Of a stretch of 43,454 nt of DNA, positions 1-5,856 are shown piece by piece. The stretch covers positions 1 through 43,454 of the forward strand of contig JACQCY010000034.1 in NCBI GenBank assembly GCA_016201355.1, written 5' to 3'. The notes below the pieces were generated by a model. The model saw only the letters and a program-made list of their open reading frames with translations. It was not told the origin of the DNA and ran no database searches. A program made the translations under genes and the position numbers. How positions within the stretch are numbered: position 1 is the first letter of the stretch; each line of letters starts with the position of its first letter. Source of the DNA: Candidatus Yonathbacteria bacterium. Lineage in GTDB: Bacteria > Patescibacteriota > Minisyncoccia > Phycocordibacterales > UBA1550.

Positions 1-57
1 ACCGCCTCATGGAAATTTTTTGCTAAAAATTTCACATTCCGGCGTTCGAATCCTTAC

Positions 58-79
58 GCGAGCAAAGCAGTTTGCTCGC
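58..79 (+). other. Hairpin with a 9-bp stem and 4-nt loop (GCGAGCAAA-GCAG-TTTGCTCGC)
   Basis: I paired it base by base: g58-c79 through a66-t71 are all Watson-Crick. It lies immediately 5' of the large palindrome at 80-134. Confidence 0.5.
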
Positions 80-134
80 TCTCTACGCACAAAAATAAAA
101 GCCCAAAAAGGGCTTTTATTTTTGTGCGTAGAGA
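80..134. terminator. Perfect 25-bp inverted repeat around an AAAAA loop. The core (AAAAGCCC/GGGCTTTT with flanking A- and T-runs) looks like a bidirectional intrinsic terminator.
   Basis: All 25 pairs from t80-a134 to c104-g110 were verified. A T-run follows on the plus strand and an A-run precedes, giving a T-run on the minus strand. The outer 10 nt of the right arm (125-134) are the 3' end of tRNA-Tyr. Confidence 0.6.
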
Positions 135-207
135 AGGATTCGAACCTTCGAAGACCGAAGTCAGGAGATTTACAGTCTCCCCTCGTTGACCACTTGAGTA
201 TCTACGC
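125..207 (-). tRNA. tRNA-Tyr (anticodon GTA), class II with a long variable arm, CCA not encoded
   Basis: The reverse complement folds as GCGTAGA-TA-CTCA AGTGGTCAA CGAG-G-GGAGA CTGTAAA TCTCC-TGACTTCGGTCTTC-GAAGG TTCGAAT CCTTC-TCTACGC-A. It has a 7-bp acceptor stem, the anticodon loop CTGTAAA, a GAC/GTC variable-arm stem and a canonical T-loop. Confidence 0.9.
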
Positions 208-210
208 AAA

Positions 211-230
211 TGAGTAGCCTTGGCTACTCA
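211..230. other. Short hairpin (TGAGTAGCC-TT-GGCTACTCA) 3 nt upstream of the tRNA-Tyr 5' end
   Basis: It is a perfect 9-nt inverted repeat. A 2-nt loop is sterically unlikely, so the effective structure is an 8-bp stem with a 4-nt loop. Function is unknown; it could be a pre-tRNA leader structure. Confidence 0.35.
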
Positions 231-360
231 TTACTAAAACTATCATATTTCTCTAATGAATTCAATGTGTGAGAGAGCATCATTACGCAACACAATTGCT
301 GAAATCCTTGCCAAAGGACACCTCCGTATTGCAAAATCAAATACTCCAACCCTCGCAGAG

Positions 361-389
361 TTGAGGAGGAGGAAATAAAATGGTAAAAT
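361..389 (+). promoter_or_regulatory. Candidate sigma70-type promoter for valS: TTGAGG, 17-nt spacer with TGn, then TAAAAT
   Basis: The -35-like TTGAGG is at 361-366. TG at 381-382 gives an extended -10, and TAAAAT is at 384-389. The predicted start near 396-397 would leave a leader of only 3-4 nt before the valS ATG at 400. Confidence 0.35.
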
Positions 390-399
390 ATGGTTCATA

Positions 400-2556
400 A
401 TGCCTGATGTCCCCGAAAAACTAACCAAGCCCTACGAACCATCTTTGACCGAATCTCGCATTTATAAACTCTGGGAGGAGAGTGGTTTTTTCAATCCTGA
501 CAATCTCCCTTGCGCTAACACCTCAAACCTCAAACCTCAAACCTTTACCGTCATTATGCCCCCGCCCAATGCGAATGGGCGTCTTCACGCGGGACACGCG
601 CTCACTATCGCCCTTGAGGATATTATGATTCGTTACAACCGTATGCAGGGCAAAAAAACACTCTGGGTGCCGGGGGCAGATCACGCCGGCTTTGAGACGC
701 AGGTTGTTTACGAGAAAAAACTGGAGAAGGAGGGTCGCTCGCGATTCAAGATGGACCGCCAAGATCTCTACAAAGAAATTATGGAGTTTACCCTCGAGAG
801 TAAAAAAAATATGGAAGCAGATGTGAAAGCTCTCGGCGCGTCGTGCGACTGGTCGCGTGAAAAATTTACCCTTGACCCCAGTGTTGTGTCCGAGGTTCAG
901 GAAACATTTCGCAAACTCTATCGTGATGAACTCGTGTACCGCGGATACCGCACAGTAAACTGGTGTACCAAACATCAGACGGCACTCTCTGATGTTGAGA
1001 CAGAGACTACTGAAAAAAATGACAAACTTTATTATATTAAATACGGGCCTTTTGTCGTCGCAACGGTGCGTCCCGAGACTATTTTCGGCGATGTTGCTAT
1101 TGCGGTCAATCCAAAAGATCCGCGTTATCAAAAATATATTGGACAGACGATTGAGGTAACACATCCAGAAAATACGCTCAAGCTTCTCGTTATTGGGGAT
1201 GACGAGGTGGATAGGGAGTTTGGCACGGGCGCGCTTAAAATCACTCCTGCGCACGATCACAATGACTTCCGTATGTCCGAGACGCACAAGCTTCCCCGCG
1301 TTGAGGTTATTGATCAATTTGGCAAACTTAATGATAAGGCTGGCAAGTATGCGGGAATGAAAATAGCGGAAGCGCGCGTAAAAGTAGTAGAAGATTTGCA
1401 GTCGCTTGGCCTTATAGAAAAGATTGAAGATTATACCCACGCTGTCCCCTCTTGTTATAAATGCAATACGGTCATTGAGCCCCGCGTAATGCCCCAGTGG
1501 TTCATTAAAATGGCACCTCTTGCAAAGCGCGCAGCGGATGCGGTGCGCGCGAAAGAAGTTCGTTTTGTCCCTGATAATTTTGAAAAGATATTTTTGTATT
1601 GGATGGACAATACCATTGACTGGAATATTTCCCGTCAGATCGTATGGGGTATTCAGATTCCTGCGGTGATTTGTAAGATATGCAATAAGGGCGACCTCGA
1701 TACCAATACTCCCGCAGGGACTCCCTGCCCGTGTAGGGGTGTTTTTGTTGCCGACACCGACACTTTTGACACCTGGTTCTCTTCCGGGCAGTGGCCACTT
1801 CTTGCTCTTGGCTACCCCAACACAAAAGATCTTTCCTATTATCCTACTCAAGTTATGGAAACAGGGCGCGATCTTATCTTTAAATGGGTTCCACGAATGG
1901 TTATTTTCGGACTCTACCTTACCGGGAAAGCGCCTTTCCATACCGTATATCTTCACGGTATGGTTAATGACAAACAAGGGAAAAAGATGTCAAAGAGCAA
2001 AGGGAATGTCGTGTCCCCTATTGATTTGACCACTAAATATGGCGCAGATGCCCTTCGCATTTCTCTTGTTGTTGGCAACACTCCCGGCAATGATTTGTCG
2101 CTCATTGAAGAAAAAATAAAAGGGTATAAACATTTTTGCAATAAGATATGGAATGCGACCCGTTTTGTTTTAACAAATATCGGCAACACAACACTTGATA
2201 CTGAGCGACCCTCTCTGTCTTTGCGCGACGAAGAAATTTTCAAGGAACTTGATTCTGTCGTAGTGAGTGTTACCACTCATCTGGAAAGTTTTCGTTTTCA
2301 TCTCGCCGGAGAGAAGCTCTACCATTATTTTTGGAACACCTTTGCTGATACCATAATAGAAGAGATGAAACCTCGCCTCGCGGAAGATGGTGATTCTAAA
2401 AAGTCGGCGGAGTGGATTCTTCTCCATATCCTTTCAATAAATTTAAAAATGCTCCATCCTTTTATGCCATTTCTTACCGAGGAGATTTGGGGTATGTTGC
2501 CGTCATCAAAAAATCCACTTATCATTGAACCATGGCCGAAATATTCACCACAATAA
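400..2556 (+). CDS. valS: Valyl-tRNA synthetase, short form (718 aa) ending after the anticodon-binding domain
   Basis: It has a HIGH-type motif (PPPNANGRLHAGHAL) and WVPGADHAGFETQ. Editing-domain motifs VRPETIFGD and GTGALKITPAHDHNDF are present, as are DTFDTWFSSG and KMSKS. The N-terminus (KPYEPS..IYKLWEESGFF) aligns with the usual ValRS start. Confidence 0.93.
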   Translation: MPDVPEKLTKPYEPSLTESRIYKLWEESGFFNPDNLPCANTSNLKPQTFTVIMPPPNANGRLHAGHALTIALEDIMIRYNRMQGKKTLWVPGADHAGFETQVVYEKKLEKEGRSRFKMDRQDLYKEIMEFTLESKKNMEADVKALGASCDWSREKFTLDPSVVSEVQETFRKLYRDELVYRGYRTVNWCTKHQTALSDVETETTEKNDKLYYIKYGPFVVATVRPETIFGDVAIAVNPKDPRYQKYIGQTIEVTHPENTLKLLVIGDDEVDREFGTGALKITPAHDHNDFRMSETHKLPRVEVIDQFGKLNDKAGKYAGMKIAEARVKVVEDLQSLGLIEKIEDYTHAVPSCYKCNTVIEPRVMPQWFIKMAPLAKRAADAVRAKEVRFVPDNFEKIFLYWMDNTIDWNISRQIVWGIQIPAVICKICNKGDLDTNTPAGTPCPCRGVFVADTDTFDTWFSSGQWPLLALGYPNTKDLSYYPTQVMETGRDLIFKWVPRMVIFGLYLTGKAPFHTVYLHGMVNDKQGKKMSKSKGNVVSPIDLTTKYGADALRISLVVGNTPGNDLSLIEEKIKGYKHFCNKIWNATRFVLTNIGNTTLDTERPSLSLRDEEIFKELDSVVVSVTTHLESFRFHLAGEKLYHYFWNTFADTIIEEMKPRLAEDGDSKKSAEWILLHILSINLKMLHPFMPFLTEEIWGMLPSSKNPLIIEPWPKYSPQ

Positions 2557-3311
2557 AACCATTTGCGTGGGCGCTTGTGGGAGGAGTGATCCCCTCTTTT
2601 GTGTGGCTTTGGTTTTGGCGCCAAGAAGACCGCGCTTGCCCAGAACCAACAGGCCTTGTCGTGCTCTCTTTTGTGGCGGGAATGGTCGTTGTGTTTTTTG
2701 TCCTCCCTTTGGAAAAACTGATTGTCGCGACGCTCCCCACAACAATACACCTCGTTGATATTCTCTTTGCAAAACTTTCATTGATAACCCCTCCCGACAT
2801 GGACATCCAGACTTTTTTGTGGGCGTTTGCGGAGGAATTTGCAAAATACGCAACAGTATTTTTTGTTGCTCTCCATACTCGCGATTTTGACGAGCCTATA
2901 GATGCGGTTATTTACCTCATTACCGCGGCGCTCGGTTTTGCGGCAATGGAAAATTCACTTTATATTTTAAAAGATATGGGAAGCGGTGGTAGCACCCAGA
3001 TCTTTCTCGACGGACATTTGCGTTTTCTCGGCGCGACCGTTCTCCACACCGCTTCGTCCGCAGTTGTCGGTATTGCGCTCGCTTTTTCTTTTTATGCGAC
3101 AGGATGGGTAAAATTCATCACGGTCACGCTCGGGCTTATTATTGCGACACTCTTGCATACCTATTTTAATTTATCTATAATGGAAGCACACGGAACACTG
3201 AGCACCCTTCTCGTATTTGCTCGTTATTGGGGAGTGATTATGGGCATCATCATTTTATTTGAAATCATCAAGAGAATAAACAAAGATAAAAAATCTTGCA
3301 CTATTGCATAA
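2532..3311 (+). CDS. prsW: PrsW-family intramembrane protease (multi-pass membrane protein)
   Basis: The protein is polytopic and hydrophobic. It carries the PrsW-type motifs FAEEFAKY (EExxK), AAMENSLY, VLHTASSA and LLHTYFN. The ATG at 2532 overlaps the valS 3' end by 25 nt. Confidence 0.7.
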   Translation: MAEIFTTIKPFAWALVGGVIPSFVWLWFWRQEDRACPEPTGLVVLSFVAGMVVVFFVLPLEKLIVATLPTTIHLVDILFAKLSLITPPDMDIQTFLWAFAEEFAKYATVFFVALHTRDFDEPIDAVIYLITAALGFAAMENSLYILKDMGSGGSTQIFLDGHLRFLGATVLHTASSAVVGIALAFSFYATGWVKFITVTLGLIIATLLHTYFNLSIMEAHGTLSTLLVFARYWGVIMGIIILFEIIKRINKDKKSCTIA

Positions 3312-3315
3312 CAAT

Positions 3316-3783
3316 ATGAAACAATCTTTTTTTGAACGCATCACGGGGACAATATCACTCAAGGGGCGCTCTTCTCCCGCAGACGAAGAAGTCATCGTTG
3401 AAAAAAAATCCACCGCGCCTTCTTTTGGCGGTTGGGATCAAGCAGAACCTACTGAAGGGGAGCTCGCGGTAGATGTGTACCAGACAGATTATGTCATTGT
3501 GATTCAAGCAATGGTCGCCGGAGTTTCTCTTGAAAACTTATCGGTTTCCGTTACGCGCGAAATAGTCACAATCAAAGGCAAGCGCGCCGCGCCAGTGGGA
3601 ATAAATGAGGAAAATTATTTTCACCAAGAGCTTTACTGGGGCGCTTTTTCTCGCACAATCCTTCTCCCTGCGGAAATAGAGACCGAAGAGGTTGAAGCTA
3701 CCGAACGACACGGACTTCTTACCCTCAAGCTCCCCAAAATAGACAAGAGCAGGATTCAAACGGTGAAGATTAAGAGTGTGTAG
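3316..3783 (+). CDS. Small heat-shock protein, Hsp20/alpha-crystallin family
   Basis: It shows the alpha-crystallin core pattern: LAVDVYQTDYVIVIQAMVAGV..L.V.V....V.IKGKR ... GAFSRTILLP..I....V.A....GLLTLKLPK. The track start at 3304 is a TTG, so I took the first ATG at 3316. Confidence 0.85.
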   Translation: MKQSFFERITGTISLKGRSSPADEEVIVEKKSTAPSFGGWDQAEPTEGELAVDVYQTDYVIVIQAMVAGVSLENLSVSVTREIVTIKGKRAAPVGINEENYFHQELYWGAFSRTILLPAEIETEEVEATERHGLLTLKLPKIDKSRIQTVKIKSV

Positions 3784-3900
3784 AAGGTAATTATTTGTCG
3801 CATTGATTGATTGCAAAAATAAAGGAAAACTGATAGGTTGTTAGCAGAAGCACCCCGGGTTTTGTTCTTGGAAAAATGTTCTTCAAAAAAGGAGGTTTGT

Positions 3901-5274
3901 ATGGGAAGAAATCTTTTCGATAGCCTTTCGCCGGTTGACTACCGGTACTGGGATGAAGAAGTGGCGAAGTATCTCTCCGAGAACGGGTTTACCCGTTACA
4001 AGCTCCTCGTGGAGCTTGCGCTCGTGAAGGTGCTCCATCGCCGCGGAATTTGTCCTGAAGTCGCTGTCCAAGAAGTTGAGGCGGCTTGCGGTCAAGTGAC
4101 GACCGACGAAGTGTACGAGGAAGAAGACCGGATTCGGCACGACATCCGCGCGCTCGTGAATTGCGTACGCGCCAAAGTCAGTGAAAGCGCGAAACCGTAC
4201 ATCCACATGACGGCGACTTCGTACGACATCATTGACACGGCGAACGCTACCCGCTACAAGGATGTGGTACAGAAAGTGCTCGTTCCATCTCTCATGAAGT
4301 TGGAAGGAGTGCTCATCACTACCGCGCTCCGCGAAGCGGAAACAGTACAAGTCGGCAGAACTCACGGTCAGCACGCGGTTCCGATTACTTTCGGCTTCGC
4401 GCTTGCCGGATATGTCAGCCGTCTTGGTGGATGTATCGAAGCGTTGAAGTCGCTCGCCACAGAACTTCCCGGAAAGTTTTCGGGAGCAGTCGGAGCGTAC
4501 AACGCCTCCTCGCTGTTCTTCGATGACCCGGAAGGTTTTGAGGCGGAAGTGCTCGCCGAGTTGGGGCTTACGCCAGCTGAACACTCAACGCAAATCGTAC
4601 CACCGGAGGCGATGATACGACTTTTCTCTGAAGTTGTCGTCGCAATGGGTATTCTCGCCAACTTAGCGCGAGATATGCGGAATCTCCAGCGGACTGAAAT
4701 CGGAGAGGTTGGTGAAGAGTTTGGAGCAGATCAGGTCGGCTCTTCCACTATGCCACAAAAACGCAATCCCATAAACTTCGAGAATATTGAAAGTATGTGG
4801 AAGATAGTTGTGGCGCGCTTTCAGACGGTGTTGATGGATCAGGTTAGCGAGCATCAGCGCGACCTTACCAATTCCGCGTCCGCGCGGACATACGGTGAGA
4901 TTATCGCGTATGTGGTTTCGGCCACTAAGCGCATGACGCGTACGATGCGCAAGCTCACCGTTGATCGCCCTAATCTGGAGCGCAACCTTGTCATACAGAA
5001 GGGCTCGGTAGTTGCCGAGCTACTCTATATCATTCTCGCGGCGCAAGGACATCCCGACGCGCACGAGAAAGTGCGGGTGCTTACACTTCAAGCAGAGCGC
5101 GAGAAGCGATCTCTCGAGGAAGTCGTTGCCGGAGATGCGGAGATGAAAGACTATCTCAAAAAGATGACGCCGCACCAACGGCAGATTCTATCGAACCCGT
5201 CTCTCTACACTGGCATCGCCGCCAAAAAAGCGAAAGTGGTCGCGAAAGAATGGAAGCAGAAATTCGGGCTGTAG
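3901..5274 (+). CDS. purB: Adenylosuccinate lyase (fumarate-lyase superfamily)
   Basis: It has the lyase signature GSSTMPQKRNPINFE, an N-terminal LSPVDYRYW typical of PurB, and TATSYDI. The track start at 3838 is a TTG. The ATG at 3901 is preceded by AAGGAGG at good spacing, so I took it as the start. Confidence 0.88.
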   Translation: MGRNLFDSLSPVDYRYWDEEVAKYLSENGFTRYKLLVELALVKVLHRRGICPEVAVQEVEAACGQVTTDEVYEEEDRIRHDIRALVNCVRAKVSESAKPYIHMTATSYDIIDTANATRYKDVVQKVLVPSLMKLEGVLITTALREAETVQVGRTHGQHAVPITFGFALAGYVSRLGGCIEALKSLATELPGKFSGAVGAYNASSLFFDDPEGFEAEVLAELGLTPAEHSTQIVPPEAMIRLFSEVVVAMGILANLARDMRNLQRTEIGEVGEEFGADQVGSSTMPQKRNPINFENIESMWKIVVARFQTVLMDQVSEHQRDLTNSASARTYGEIIAYVVSATKRMTRTMRKLTVDRPNLERNLVIQKGSVVAELLYIILAAQGHPDAHEKVRVLTLQAEREKRSLEEVVAGDAEMKDYLKKMTPHQRQILSNPSLYTGIAAKKAKVVAKEWKQKFGL

Positions 5275-5295
5275 TTATCCCGATCTTGTAACTTT

Positions 5296-5334
5296 AAAGG
5301 CGTTGTCGTTCACCCGGCAACGCCTTTATTTTTG
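5296..5334 (+). terminator. Intrinsic terminator of purB
   Basis: A 10-bp stem pairs AAAGGCGTTG (5296-5305) with CAACGCCTTT (5318-5327). It is followed by TTATTTTTG. Confidence 0.75.
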
Positions 5335-5407
5335 TGCCGAGGACCAGGATCGAACTGGTGACCCCACGCTCTTCAGGCGTATGCTCTACCAACTGAGCTA
5401 CCTCGGC
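5335..5407 (-). tRNA. tRNA-Phe (anticodon GAA), 73 nt, CCA not encoded
   Basis: The reverse complement is GCCGAGG-TA-GCTC AGTTGGTA GAGC-A-TACGC CTGAAGA GCGTG-GGGTC-ACCAG TTCGATC CTGGT-CCTCGGC-A. All four stems pair. Confidence 0.93.
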
Positions 5408-5416
5408 ATAGATACG

Positions 5417-5506
5417 AGTTTATAAAGTAAAAAGTTTGTAAAGTTGAAAGTAGGCTCGTACCCACATTTACTTTATGAACTTTCACCTTTATAAACTTTA
5501 TAAACT
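5417..5506. repeat. Cluster of five to six copies of a 12-mer (AGTTTATAAAGT / ACTTTATAAACT) in inverted orientation around a GC-rich centre
   Basis: Forward copies lie at 5417-5428 (agtttataaagt) and 5433-5444 (agtttgtaaagt), with a partial copy at 5442-5451. Reverse copies lie at 5470-5481 (actttatgaact), 5486-5497 (cctttataaact) and 5495-5506 (actttataaact). The cluster sits between tRNA-Phe and the stop of the 5512-5799 gene. Confidence 0.6.
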
Positions 5507-5511
5507 ACCTC

Positions 5512-5799
5512 TTACTTTCCTATCAACTTCTTTATTGTTTGCGCGTCTTTTGTCACCGATCCTGTCGTTCCTTCAAATTTCTGCAATACATCAACTGAAG
5601 TTTGCAATATTTTTGTGTACTTTATGATTGTCGGCTGGAAATAATAATATGTTCCAAAGATAGACCCGAGGATAAGCACCCAATACATAAACGAGAAAAA
5701 AGAACTCCATCTCTGTGTGCGTCGCATAGAGACGAGGATATCGTTATTTTCTCGCGTAAGCTCTAAAAGCTCATCTAGTTTCTGTGCATTTAAATCCAT
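5512..5799 (-). CDS. Hypothetical small membrane protein (N-terminal helical/charged region plus one TM segment)
   Basis: It is a 95-aa ORF with an ATG start. The hydrophobic stretch WSSFFSFMYWVLILGSIFGTYYYF is the likely TM segment. I recognised no family. Confidence 0.5.
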   Translation of the reverse strand: MDLNAQKLDELLELTRENNDILVSMRRTQRWSSFFSFMYWVLILGSIFGTYYYFQPTIIKYTKILQTSVDVLQKFEGTTGSVTKDAQTIKKLIGK

Positions 5800-5856
5800 T
5801 TCTGTAATATATCAAATATGATAATAAAATCAACTATATTGTATAAGTCCACTCTT

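Noticed and set aside
40-64. T-loop-like GTTCGAATCC followed by an acceptor-like CGCGAGCA, which could be a plus-strand tRNA or a tmRNA 3' end
   Set aside because: The putative T-stem (CGGCG/CCTTA) does not pair. No D-arm or 7-nt anticodon loop can be drawn from 1-40; the AAATT/AATTT stem there leaves a 6-, 8- or 10-nt loop. At most it is a decayed tRNA remnant. The sequence left of the window is needed to decide.
20-217. 65-aa plus-strand ORF at the window start
   Set aside because: It runs straight through the hairpins, the 25-bp palindrome and the tRNA-Tyr gene, so it is not a plausible CDS.
243-428. 61-aa minus-strand ORF between tRNA-Tyr and valS
   Set aside because: It overlaps the valS start and the candidate valS promoter. 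It has no SD and no recognisable motif, so it is most likely non-coding leader or promoter DNA.
523-1977. 484-aa ORF antisense to valS, plus the shorter antisense and alternate-frame ORFs between 1505 and 2853
   Set aside because: It lies entirely inside, and opposite to, a gene with unambiguous ValRS motifs. Its translation is low complexity with no recognisable family. Long antisense ORFs are a common by-product of codon bias.
3838-3900. N-terminal extension of purB from a TTG at 3838
   Set aside because: The ATG at 3901 has a canonical AAGGAGG at proper spacing, and the PurB homology begins right after it. The extension adds 21 residues with no counterpart.
80-5410. An integrated mobile element bounded by the two tRNA genes
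   Set aside because: No integrase, transposase or direct att-like repeats were found between or beside tRNA-Tyr and tRNA-Phe. The genes in between (valS, prsW, hsp20, purB) are housekeeping genes.
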